Assembly: GCA_964016885.1 (NCBI GenBank)
Contig: OZ024743.1
Coordinates: 374,170,001-374,234,000 of the forward strand
Direction of reading: 5' to 3'
Length of the DNA stretch: 64,000 nucleotides
Source of the DNA: Eledone cirrhosa
Taxonomy: Eukaryota
Shown: positions 27,476 to 42,000 of the stretch, piece after piece
Layout of the letters: every line of letters starts with the position of its first letter
How positions within the stretch are numbered: the first letter of the stretch is position 1
Notes under the pieces: model-generated
What the model was told of the DNA's origin: nothing
Database searches by the model: none
What the model saw: the letters and a program-made list of their open reading frames with translations, nothing else
Translations under genes and position numbers: made by a program

Positions 27476-29185
27476 ATGTTTATAGCCAACACTTGTTGCA
27501 CTTTAGGATGCAGAGAACACGGTACTACTGACTTACTCTACATGTTTATAGCCAACACTTGTTGCACTTTATGGTGCAGAGAACAAAGTACTACTGACTT
27601 ACTCTACATGTTTATAGCCAACACTTGTTGCACTTTATTGTGCAGAGAACACAGTACTACTGACTTACTCTACATGTTTAAGCCAACACTTGTTGCACTT
27701 TAGGATGCAGAGAACACGGCACTACTGACTTACTCTACATGTTTATAGCCAACACTTGTTGCACTTTATGGTGAAGAGAACAAAGTACTACTGACTTACT
27801 CTACATGTTTATAGCCAACACTTTTTGCAATTTATGGTGCAGAGAACAAAGTACTACTGATTTCCCTACATGTTTATAGCCAACAGTTGTTGCACTTTAT
27901 GGTGCAGAGAACATAGTACTACTGACTTACTCTACATGTTTATAGCCAACACTTGTTGCACTTTAGGATGCAGAGAACACGGTACTGCTGACTTACTCTA
28001 CATGTTTATAGCCAACACTTGTTGCACTTTAGGATGCAGAGAACACGGTACTACTGACTTACTCTACATGTTTATAGCCAACACTTGTTGCACTTTATGG
28101 TGCAGAGAATACGGTACTACTGACTTACTCTACATGTTTATAGCCAACACTTGTTGCACTTTATGGTGCAGAGAACAAAGTACTACTGACTTACTCTACA
28201 TGTTTATAGACAACACTTTTTGCAATTTATGGTGCAGAAAACAAAGTACTACTGACTTACTCTACATGTTTATAGCCAACACTTTTTGCAATTTATGGTG
28301 CAGAGAACAAAGTACTACTGACTTCGCTACATGTTTATAGCCAACACTTGTTGCACTTTAGGATGCAGAGAACACGGTACTACTGACTTACTCTACATGT
28401 TTATAGCCAACACTTGTTGCACTTTATGGTGCAGAGAACAAAGTACTACTGACTTACTCTACATGTTTATAGCCAACACTTGTTGCACTTTATTGTGCAG
28501 AGAACACAGTACTACTGACTTACTCTACATGTTTAAGCCAACACTTGTTGCACTTTAGGATGCAGAGAACACGGCACTACTGACTTACTCTACATGTTTA
28601 TAGCCAACACTTGTTGCACTTTATGGTGAAGAGAACAAAGTACTACTGACTTACTCTACATGTTTATAGCCAACACTTTTTGCAATTTATGGTGCAGAGA
28701 ACAAAGTACTACTGATTTCCCTACATGTTTATAGCCAACAGTTGTTGCACTTTATGGTGCAGAGAACATAGTACTACTGACTTACTCTACATGTTTATAG
28801 CCAACACTTGTTGCACTTTAGGATGCAGAGAACACGGTACTGCTGACTTACTCTACATGTTTATAGCCAACACTTGTTGCACTTTAGGATGCAGAGAACA
28901 CGGTACTACTGACTTACTCTACATGTTTATAGCCAACACTTGTTGCACTTTATGGTGCAGAGAATACGGTACTACTGACTTACTCTACATGTTTATAGCC
29001 AACACTTGTTGCACTTTATGGTGCAGAGAACAAAGTACTACTGACTTACTCTACATGTTTATAGACAACACTTTTTGCAATTTATGGTGCAGAAAACAAA
29101 GTACTACTGACTTACTCTACATGTTTATAGCCAACACTTTTTGCAATTTATGGTGCAGAGAACAAAGTACTACTGACTTCGCTAC
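27476..29185 (+). repeat. 855-bp (13-monomer) tandem duplication
   Basis: ORFs 27870..28340 and 28725..29195 are identical and 855 bp apart. The markers TTTAAGCC, TGGTGAAGA, ATAGACAAC, AGAAAACAAAG and TTCGCTAC all repeat at +855. Confidence 0.92.
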
Positions 29186-30899
29186 ATGTTTATAGCCAAC
29201 AGTCGTTGCACTTTATGGTGCAGAGAACATAGTACTACTGACTTACTCTACATGTTTATAGCCAACACTTGTTGCACTTTATGGTGCAGAGAACAAAGTA
29301 CTACTGACTTACTCTTCATGTTTATAGCCAACACTTGTTGCACTTTATGGTGTAGAGAACACGGTACTACTGCCTTACTCTACATGTTTATAGCCAACAC
29401 TTGTTGCACTTTATTGTGCAGAGAACAAAGTACTACTGACTTACTGTACATGTTTATAGCCAACACTTGTTGCACTTTATGGTGCAGAGAACAAAGTACT
29501 ACTGACTTACTCTACATGTTTGTAGCCAACACTTGTTGCACTTTATGGTGCAGAGAACACGGTACTACTGACTTACTCTACATGTTTATACCCAACACTT
29601 GTTGCACTTTAGGATGCAGAGAACACGGTACTACTGACTTACTCTACATGTTTATAGCCAACACTTGTTGCACTTTATGGTGCAGAGAACACGGTACTGC
29701 TGACTTACTCTACATGTTTATAGCCAACACTTTTTGCACTTTAGGATGCAGAGAACACGGTACTGCTGACTTACTCTACATGTTTATAGCCAACACTTGT
29801 TGCACTTTAGGATGCAGAGAACACGGTACTACTGACTTACTCTACATATTTATAGCCAACACTTGTTGCACTTTATGGTGCAGAGAATACGGTACTACTG
29901 ACTTACTCTACATGTTTATAGCCAACACTTTTTGCAATTTATGGTGCAGAGAACAAAGTACTACTGACTTCCCTACATGTTTATAGCCAACAGTTGTTGC
30001 ACTTTATGGTGCAGAGAACATAGTACTACTGACTTACTCTACATGTTTATAGCCAACACTTGTTGCACTTTATGGTGCAGAGAACAAAGTACTACTAACT
30101 TACTCTATATGTTTATAGCCAACACTTGTTGCACTTTATTGTGCAGAGAACAAAGTACTACTGACTTACTCTACATGTTTATAGCCAACACTTGTTGCAC
30201 TTTATGGTGCAGAGAACAAAGTACTACTGACTTACTCTATATGTTTATAGCCAACACTTGTTGCACTTTATGGTGCAGAGAACACGGTACTACTGACTTA
30301 CTCTACATGTTTATAGCCAACACTTGTTGCACTTTAGGATGCAGAGAACACGGTACTACTGACTTACTCTACATGTTTATAGCCAACACTTGTTGCACTT
30401 TAGGATGCAGAGAACACGGTACTGCTGACTTACTCTACATGTTTATAGCCAACACTTGTTGCACTTTAGGATGCAGAGAACACGGTACTACTGACTTACT
30501 CTACATGTTTATAGCCAACACTTGTTGCACTTTATGGTGCAGAGAATACGGTACTACTGACTTACTCTACATGTTTATAGCCAACACTTGTTGCACTTTA
30601 TGGTGCAGAGAAGACGGTACTGCTGACTTACTCTACATGTTTATAGCCAACATTTGTTGCACTTTAGGATGCAGAGAACACGGTACTGCTGACTTACTCT
30701 ACATGTTTATAGCCAACACTTGTTGCACTTTATGGTGCAGAGAACACGGTACTAATGACTTACTCTACATGTTTATAGCCAACACTTGTTGCACTTTAGG
30801 ATGCAGAGAACACGGTACTACTGACTTACTCTACATGTTTATAGCCAAAACTTGTTCCACCTATGTTGCACATAACACAGTACTACTGACTTACACTAC

Positions 30900-32700
30900 A
30901 TGTTTATAGCCAACACTTGTTGCACTTTATGGTGCAGAGAATACGGTACTACTGACTTACTCTACATGTTTATAGCCAACACTTGTTACACTTTATGGTG
31001 CAGAGAAGACGGTACTGCTGACTTACTCTACATGTTTATAGCCAACATTTGTTGCACTTTAGGATGCAGAGAACACGGTACTGCTGACTTACTCTACATG
31101 TTTATAGCCAACACTTGTTGCACTTTATGGTGCAGAGAACACGGTACTACTGACTTACTCTACATGTTTATAGCCAACACTTGTTGCACTTTAGGATGTA
31201 GAGAACACGGTACTACTGACTTACTCTACATGTTTATAGCCAACACTTGTTGCACTTTATGGTGCAGAGAACACGGTACTACTGACTTACTCTACATGTT
31301 TATAGCCAACACTTGTTGCACTTTAGGATGCAGAGAACACGGTACTACTGACTTACTCTACATGTTTATAGCCAACACTTGTTGCACTTTATGGTGCATA
31401 GAACAATGTACTGACTTACTCTACATGTTTATAGCCAACACTTGTTGCACTTTATGGTGCAGAGAACACGGTACTGCTGACTTACTCTACATGTTTATAG
31501 CCAACACTTCTTGCACTTTAGGATGCAGAGAACACGGTACTACTGACTTACTCTACATGTTTATAGCCAACACTTGTTGCACTTTAGGATGCAGAGAACA
31601 CGGTACTACTGACTTACTCTACATGTTTATAGCCAACACTTGTTGCACTTTATGGTGCAGAGAACACGGTACTACTGACTTACTCTACATGTTTATAGCC
31701 AACACTTGTTGCACTTTATGGTGCAGAGAACACGGTACTACTGACTTACTCTACATGTTTATAGCCAACACTTGTTGCACTTTAGGATGCAGAGAACACG
31801 GTACTACTGACTTACTCTACATGTTTATAGCCAACACTTGTTGCACTTTATGGTGCAGAGAATACGGTACTACTGACTTACTCTACATGTTTATAGCCAA
31901 CACTTGTTGCACTTTATGGTGCAGAGAAGACGGTACTGCTGACTTACTCTACATGTTTATAGCCAACATTTGTTGCACTTTAGGATGCAGAGAACACGGT
32001 ACTGCTGACTTACTCTACATGTTTATAGCCAACACTTGTTGCACTTTATGGTGCAGAGAACACGGTACTACTGACTTACTCTACATGTTTATAGCCAACA
32101 CTTGTTGCACTTTAGGATGTAGAGAACACGGTACTACTGACTTACTCTACATGTTTATAGCCAACACTTGTTGCACTTTATGGTGCAGAGAACACGGTAC
32201 TACTGACTTACTCTACATGTTTATAGCCAACACTTGTTGCACTTTAGGATGCAGAGAACACGGTACTACTGACTTACTCTACATGTTTATAGCCAACACT
32301 TGTTGCACTTTATGGTGCATAGAACAATGTACTGACTTACTCTACATGTTTATAGCCAACACTTGTTGCACTTTATGGTGCAGAGAACACGGTACTGCTG
32401 ACTTACTCTACATGTTTATAGCCAACACTTCTTGCACTTTAGGATGCAGAGAACACGGTACTACTGACTTACTCTACATGTTTATAGCCAACACTTGTTG
32501 CACTTTAGGATGCAGAGAACACGGTACTACTGACTTACTCTACATGTTTATAGCCAACACTTGTTGCACTTTATGGTGCAGAGAACACGGTACTACTGAC
32601 TTACTCTACATGTTTATAGCCAACACTTGTTGCACTTTATGGTGCAGAGAACACGGTACTACTGACTTACTCTACATGTTTATAGCCAACACTTGTTGCA
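30900..32700 (+). repeat. 921-bp (14-monomer) tandem duplication, also present in the second copy at about 42.2-44.0 kb
   Basis: The marker CATAGAACAATGTACTGAC occurs at 31397 and 32318 (921 = 14x66-3). GAAGACGG, AACATTTG and GGATGTAGA repeat with the same spacing. Confidence 0.85.
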
Positions 32701-35700
32701 CTTTATGGTGCAGAGAACACGGTACTACTGACTTACTCTACATGTTTATAGCCAACACTTGTTGCACTTTAGGATGCAGAGAACACGGTACTACTGACTT
32801 ACTCTACATGTTTATAGCCAACACTTGTTGCACTTTATGGTGCAGAGAACAAAGTACTACTGACTTACTCTACATGTTTATAGCCAACACTTGTTGCACT
32901 TTATTGTGCAGAGAACACAGTACTACTGACTTACTCTACATGTTTAAGCCAACACTTGTTGCACTTTAGGATGCAGAGAACACGGCACTACTGACTTACT
33001 CTACATGTTTATAGCCAACACTTGTTGCACTTTATGGTGAAGAGAACAAAGTACTACTGACTTACTCTACATGTTTATAGCCAACACTTTTTGCAATTTA
33101 TGGTGCAGAGAACAAAGTACTACTGATTTCCCTACATGTTTATAGCCAACAGTTGTTGCACTTTATGGTGCAGAGAACATAGTACTACTGACTTACTCTA
33201 CATGTTTATAGCCAACACTTGTTGCACTTTAGGATCCAGAGAACACGGTACTGCTGACTTACTCTACATGTTTATAGCCAACACTTGTTGCACTTTAGGA
33301 TGCAGAGAACACGGTACTACTGACTTACTCTACATGTTTATAGCCAACACTTGTTGCACTTTATGGTGCAGAGAATACGGTACTACTGACTTACTCTACA
33401 TGTTTATAGCCAACACTTGTTGCACTTTATAGTGCAGAGAACAAAGTACTACTGACTTACTCTACATGTTTATAGCCAACACTTGTTGCACTTTATTGTG
33501 CAGAGAACAAAGTACTACTGACTTACTCTTCATGTTTATAGCCAACACTTGATGCACTTTATGGTGCAGAGAACAAAGTACTACTGACTTACTCTACATG
33601 TTTATAGCCAACACTTGTTACACTTTATGGTGCAGAGAACAAAGTACTACTGACTTACCCTATATGTTTATAGCCAACACGTGTTGCACTTTATGGTACA
33701 GAGAACAAAGTACTACTGACTTACTCTACATATTTATAGCCAACACTTGTTGCACTTTAGGATGCACAGAACAAAGTACTACTGACTTACTCTACATGTT
33801 TATAGCCAACACTTGTTGCACTTTATGGTGCAGAGAACACAGTACTACTGACTTACTCTACGTGTTTATAGCCAACACTTGTTGCACTTTAGGATGCAGA
33901 GAACACGGTACTACTGACTTACTCTACATGTTTATAGCCAACACTTGTTGCAGTTTATGGTGCAGAGAACAAAGTACTACTGACTTACTCTACATGTTTA
34001 TAGCCAACACTTTTGCACCTATGTTGCACATAACAGTACTACTGACTTACACAACATGTTTATAGCCAACACTTGTTGCACTATATGGTGCAGAGAACAC
34101 GGTACTACTGACTTACTCTACATGTTTAGAGCCAACACTTGTTGCACTTTATGGTGCAGAGAACACGGTACTACTGACTTACTCTACATGTTTATAGCCA
34201 ACACTTGTTGCACCTATGTTGCACATAACACAGTACTACTGACTTACACTACATGTTTAGAGCCAACACTTGTTGCACTTTATGGTGCGGAGAACACGGT
34301 ACTACTGACTTACTCTACATGTTTATAGCCAACACTTGTTGCACCTATGTTGCACATAACACAGTACTACTGACTTACTCTACATGTTTATAGCCAACAC
34401 TTGTTGCACCTATGTTGCACATAACGCAGTACTACTGACTTACACTACATGTTTAGAGCCAACACTTGTTGCACTTTATGGTGCAGAGAACACGGTACTA
34501 CTGACTTACTCTACATGTTTATAGCCAACACTTGTTGCACCTATGTTGCACATAACACAGTACTACTGACTTACACTACATGTTTAGAGCCAACACTTGT
34601 TGCACTTTAGGATGCAGAGAACACGGTACTGCTGACTTACTCTACATGTTTATAGCCAACACTTGTTGCACTTTAGGATGCAGAGAACACGGTACTGCTG
34701 ACTTACTCTACATGTTTATAGCCAACACTTGTTGCACTTTATGGTGCAGAGAACACGGTACTACTGACTTACTCTACATGTTTATAGCCAACACTTGTTG
34801 CACTTTAGGATGCAGAGAACACGGTACTGCTGACTTACTCTACATGTTTATAGCCAACACTTGTTGCACTTTATGGTGCAGAGAATACGGTACTACTGAC
34901 TTACTCTACATGTTTATAACCAACACTTGTTGCACCTTATGGTGCAGAGAACACGGCACTACTGACTTACTCTACATGTTTATAGCCAACACTTGTTGCA
35001 CTTTAGGATGCAGAGAACACGGTACTACTGACTTACTCTACATGTTTATAGCCAAAACTTGTTGCACTTTATGGTGCAGAGAACACGGTACTGCTGACTT
35101 ACTCTACATGTTTATAGCCAACACTTGTTGCACTTTAGGATGCAGAGAACACGGTACTACTGACTTACTCTACATGTTTATAACCAACACTTGTTGCACC
35201 TTATGGTGCAGAGAACACGGTATTACTGACTTACTCTACATGTTTATAGCCAACACTTGTTGCACTTTATGGTGCAGAGAACACGGTACTACTGACTTAC
35301 TCCACATGTTTATAGCCAACACTTGTTGCACTTTAGGATGCAGAGAACACGGTACTACTGACTTACTCTACATGTTTATAGCGAACACTTGTTGCACTTT
35401 ATGGTGCAGAGAACAAAGTACTGACTTACTCTACATGTTTATAGCCAACACTTATTGCACTTTATGGTGCAGAGAACACGGTACTGCTGACTTACTCTAC
35501 ATGTTTATAGCCAACACTTCTTGCACTTTAGGATGCAGAGAACACGGTACTACTGACTTACTCTACATGTTTATAGCCAACACTTGTTGCACTTTATGGT
35601 GCAGAGAACACGGTACTACTGACTTACTCTACATGTTTATAGCCAACACTTGTTGCACTTTATGGTGCAGAGAACACGGTACTACTGACTTACTCTACAT

Positions 35701-38700
35701 GTTTATAGCCAACACTTGTTGCACTTTATGGTGCAGAGAAAACGGTACTACTGACTTACTCTACATGTTTATAGCCAACACTTGTTGCACTTTAGGATGC
35801 AGAGAACACGGTACTATTGACTTACTCTACATGTTTATAGCCAACACTTGTTGCACTTTATAGTGCAGAGAACAAAGTACTACTGACTTACTCTACATGT
35901 TTATAGCCAACACTTGTTGCACTTTATTGTGCAGAGAACAAAGTACTACTGACTTACTCTTCATGTTTATAGCCAACACTTGATGCACTTTATGGTGCAG
36001 AGAACACAGTACTACTGACTTACTCTACATGTTTATAGCCAACACTTGTTGCACTTTAGGATGCAGAGAACACGGTACTACTGACTTACTCTACATGTAT
36101 ATAACCAACACTTGTTGCACCTTATGGTGCAGAGAACACGGTACTACTGACTTACTCTACATGTTTATAGCCAACACTTGTTGCACTTTATGGTGCAGAG
36201 AACACGGTACTACTGACTTACTCTACATGTTTATAGCCAACACTTGTTGCACTTTAGGATGCAGAGAACACGGTACTACTGACTTACTCTACATGTTTAT
36301 AGCCAACACTTGTTGCACTTTATGGTGCAGAGAACAAAGTACTGACTTACTCTACATGTTTATAGCCAACACTTGTTGCACTTTATGGTGCAGAGAACAC
36401 GGTACTGCTGACTTACTCTACATGTTTATAGCCAACACTTGTTGCACTTTAGGATGCAGAGAACACGGTACTACTGACTTACTCTACATGTTTATAGCCA
36501 ACACTTGTTGCACTTTATGGTGCAGAGAACACGGTACTACTGACTTACTCTACATGTTTATAGCCAACAATTGTTGCACTTTAGGATGCAGAGAACACGG
36601 TACTACTGACTTACTCTACATGTTTATAGCCAACACTTGTTGCACTTTATGGTGCAGAGAACACGGTACTACTGACTTACTCTACATGTTTATAGCCAAC
36701 ACTTGTTGCACTTTATGGTGCAGAGAACACGGTACTACTGACTTACTCTACATGTTTATAGCCAACAATTGTTGCACTTTAGGATGCAGAGAACACGGTA
36801 CTACTGACTTACTCTACATGTTTATAGCCAACACTTGTTGCACTTTATGGTGCAGAGAACACGGTACTACTGACTTACTCTACATGTTTATAGCCAACAA
36901 TTGTTGCACTTTAGGATGCAGAGAACACGGTACTACTGACTTACTCTACATGTTTATAGCCAACACTTGTTGCACTTTATGGTGCAGAGAACAAAGTACT
37001 ACTGACTTACTCTTCATGTTTATAGCCAACACTTGTTGCACTTTATGGTGCAGAGAACAAAGTACTACTGACTTACTCTACATGTTTATAGCCAACACGT
37101 GTTGCACTTTATGGTGCAGAGAACAAAGTACTACTGACTTCCCTACATGTTTATAGCCAACAGTTGTTGCACTTTATGGTGCAGAGAACATAGTACTACT
37201 GACTTACTCTACATGTTTATAGCCAACACTTGTTGCACTTTATGGTGCAGAGAACAAAGTACTACTGACTTACTCTTCATGTTTATAGCCAACACTTGTT
37301 GCACTTTATGGTGCAGAGAACACGGTACTACTGCCTTACTCTACATGTTTATAGCCAACACTTGTTGCACTTTATGGTGCAGAGAACAAAGTACTACTGA
37401 CTTACCCTATATGTTTATAGCCAACACTTGTTGCACTTTATGGTGGAGAGAACACGGTACTACTGTCTTACTCTACATGTTTATAGCCAACACTTGTTGC
37501 ACTTTATGGTGCAGAGAACAAAGTACTACTGACTTACTCAACATGTTTATAGCCAACACTTGTTGCACTTTATGGTGCAGAGAACACGGTACTACTGACT
37601 TACTCTACATGTTTATAGCCAACACTTGTTGCACTTTATGGTGCAGAGAACACGGTACTGCTGACTTACTCTACATGTTTATAGCAAACACTTGTTGCAC
37701 TTTAGGATGCAGAGAACACGGTACTACTGACTTACTCTACATGTTTATAGCCAACACTTGTTGCAGTTTATGGTGCAGAGAACACGGTACTGCTGACTTA
37801 CTCTACATGTTTATAGCCAACACTTGTTGCACTTTAGGATGCAGAGAACACGGTACTACTGACTTACTCTACATGTTTATAGCCAACACTTGTTGCACTT
37901 TAGGATGCAGAGAACACGGTACTACTGACTTACTCAACATGTTTATAGCCAACACTTGTTGCACTTTAGGATGCAGAGAACACGGTACTACTGACTTACT
38001 CTACATGTTTATAGCCAACACTTGTTGCACTTTATGGTGCAGAGAACACGGTACTGCTGACTTACTCTACATGTTTATAGCCAACACTTGTTGCACTTTA
38101 GGATGCAGAGAACACGGTACTGCTGACTTACTCTACATGTTTATAGCCAACACTTGTTGCACTTTAGGATGCAGAGAACACGGTACTACTGACTTACTCT
38201 ACACGTTTATAGCCAACACTTGTTGCACTTTATGGTGCAGAGAATACGGTACTACTGACTTACTCTACATGTTTATAGCCAACACTTTTTGCAATTTATG
38301 GTGCAGAGAACAAAGTACTACTGACTTCCCTACATGTTTATAGCCAACAGTTGTTGCACTTTATGGTGCAGAGAACATAGTACTACTGACTTACTCTACA
38401 TGTTTATAGCCAACACTTGTTGCACATTATGGTGCAGAGAACAAAGTACTACTGACTTACTCTTCATGTTTATAGCCAACACTTGTTGCACTTTATGGTG
38501 CAGAGAACACGGTACTACTGCCTTACTCTACATGTTTATAGCCAACACTTGTTGCACTTTATTGTGCAGAGAACAAAGTACTACTGACTTACTCTACATG
38601 TTTATAGCCAACACTTGTTGCACTTTATGGTGCAGAGAACAAAGTACTACTGACTTACTCTACATGTTTATAGCCAACACTTGTTGCACTTTATGGTGCA

Positions 38701-39059
38701 GAGAACACGGTACTACTGACTTACTCTACATGTTTATAGCCAACACTTGTTGCACTTTAGGATGCAGAGAACACGGTCCTACTGACTTACTCTACATGTT
38801 TATAGCCAACACTTGTTGCACTTTAGGATGCAGAGAACACGGTACTACTGACTTACTCTACATGTTTATAGCCAACACTTGTTGCACTTTATGGTGCAGA
38901 GAATACGGTACTACTGACTTACTCTACATGTTTATAGCCAACACTTGTTGCACTTTATGGTGCAGAGAACACGGTACTACTGACTTACTCTACATGTTTA
39001 TAGCCAACACTTGTTGCACTTTAGGATGTAGAGAACACGGTACTACTGACTTACTCTAC

Positions 39060-42000
39060 ATGTTTATAGCCAACACTTGTTGCACTTTATGGTGCAGAGA
39101 ACACGGTACTACTGACTTACTCTACATGTTTATAGCCAACACTTGTTGCACTTTAGGATGCAGAGAACACGGTACTACTGACTTACTCTACATGTTTATA
39201 GCCAACACTTGTTGCACTTTATGGTGCATAGAACAATGTACTGACTTACTCTACATGTTTATAGCCAACACTTGTTGCACTTTATGGTGCAGAGAACACG
39301 TTACTGCTGACTTACTCTACATGTTTATAGCCAACACTTCTTGCACTTTAGGATGCAGAGAACACGGTACTACTGACTTACTCTACATGTTTATAGCCAA
39401 CACTTGTTGCACTTTAGGATGCAGAGAACACGGTACTACTGACTTACTCTACATGTTTATAGCCAACACTTGTTGCACTTTATGGTGCAGAGAACACGGT
39501 ACTACTGACTTACTCTACATGTTTATAGCCAACACTTGTTGCACTTTATGGTGCAGAGAACACGGTACTACTGACTTACTCTACATGTTTATAGCCAACA
39601 CTTGTTGCACTTTATGGTGCAGAGAACACGGTACTACTGACTTACTCTACATGTTTATAGCCAACACTTGTTGCACTTTAGGATGCAGAGAACACGGTAC
39701 TACTGACTTACTCTACATGTTTATAGCCAACACTTGTTGCACTTTATGGTGCAGAGAACAAAGTACTACTGACTTACTCTACATGTTTATAGCCAACACT
39801 TGTTGCACTTTATTGTGCAGAGAACACAGTACTACTGACTTACTCTACATGTTTAAGCCAACACTTGTTGCACTTTAGGATGCAGAGAACACGGCACTAC
39901 TGACTTACTCTACATGTTTATAGCCAACACTTGTTGCACTTTATGGTGAAGAGAACAAAGTACTACTGACTTACTCTACATGTTTATAGCCAACACTTTT
40001 TGCAATTTATGGTGCAGAGAACAAAGTACTACTGATTTCCCTACATGTTTATAGCCAACAGTTGTTGCACTTTATGGTGCAGAGAACATAGTACTACTGA
40101 CTTACTCTACATGTTTATAGCCAACACTTGTTGCACTTTAGGATGCAGAGAACACGGTACTGCTGACTTACTCTACATGTTTATAGCCAACACTTGTTGC
40201 ACTTTAGGATGCAGAGAACACGGTACTACTGACTTACTCTACATGTTTATAGCCAACACTTGTTGCACTTTATGGTGCAGAGAATACGGTACTACTGACT
40301 TACTCTACATGTTTATAGCCAACACTTGTTGCACTTTATGGTGCAGAGAACAAAGTACTACTGACTTACTCTACATGTTTATAGACAACACTTTTTGCAA
40401 TTTATGGTGCAGAGAACAAAGTACTACTGACTTACTCTACATGTTTATAGCCAACACTTTTTGCAATTTATGGTGCAGAGAACAAAGTACTACTGACTTC
40501 GCTACATGTTTATAGCCAACAGTCGTTGCACTTTATGGTGCAGAGAACATAGTACTACTGACTTACTCTACATGTTTATAGCCAACACTTGTTGCACTTT
40601 ATGGTGCAGAGAACAAAGTACTACTGACTTACTCTTCATGTTTATAGCCAACACTTGTTGCACTTTATGGTGTAGAGAACACGGTACTACTGCCTTACTC
40701 TACATGTTTATAGCCAACACTTGTTGCACTTTATTGTGCAGAGAACAAAGTACTACTGACTTACTGTACATGTTTATAGCCAACACTTGTTGCACTTTAT
40801 GGTGCAGAGAACAAAGTACTACTGACTTACTCTACATGTTTGTAGCCAACACTTGTTGCACTTTATGGTGCAGAGAACACGGTACTACTGACTTACTCTA
40901 CATGTTTATAGCCAACACTTGTTGCACTTTAGGATGCAGAGAACACGGTACTACTGACTTACTCTACATGTTTATAGCCAACACTTGTTGCACTTTATGG
41001 TGCAGAGAACACGGTACTGCTGACTTACTCTACATGTTTATAGCCAACACTTTTTGCACTTTAGGATGCAGAGAACACGGTACTGCTGACTTACTCTACA
41101 TGTTTATAGCCAACACTTGTTGCACTTTAGGATGCAGAGAACACGGTACTACTGACTTACTCTACATATTTATAGCCAACACTTGTTGCACTTTATGGTG
41201 CAGAGAATACGGTACTACTGACTTACTCTACATGTTTATAGCCAACACTTTTTGCAATTTATGGTGCAGAGAACAAAGTACTACTGACTTCCCTACATGT
41301 TTATAGCCAACAGTTGTTGCACTTTATGGTGCAGAGAACATAGTACTACTGACTTACTCTACATGTTTATAGCCAACACTTGTTGCACTTTATGGTGCAG
41401 AGAACAAAGTACTACTAACTTACTCTATATGTTTATAGCCAACACTTGTTGCACTTTATTGTGCAGAGAACAAAGTACTACTGACTTACTCTACATGTTT
41501 ATAGCCAACACTTGTTGCACTTTATGGTGCAGAGAACAAAGTACTACTGACTTACTCTACATGTTTATAGCCAACACTTGTTGCACTTTATGGTGCAGAG
41601 AACACGGTACTACTGACTTACTCTACATGTTTATAGCCAACACTTGTTGCACTTTAGGATGCAGAGAACACGGTACTACTGACTTACTCTACATGTTTAT
41701 AGCCAACACTTGTTGCACTTTAGGATGCAGAGAACACGGTACTGCTGACTTACTCTACATGTTTATAGCCAACACTTGTTGCACTTTAGGATGCAGAGAA
41801 CACGGTACTACTGACTTACTCTACATGTTTATAGCCAACACTTGTTGCACTTTATGGTGCAGAGAATACGGTACTACTGACTTACTCTACATGTTTATAG
41901 CCAACACTTGTTGCACTTTATGGTGCAGAGAAGACGGTACTGCTGACTTACTCTACATGTTTATAGCCAACATTTGTTGCACTTTAGGATGCAGAGAACA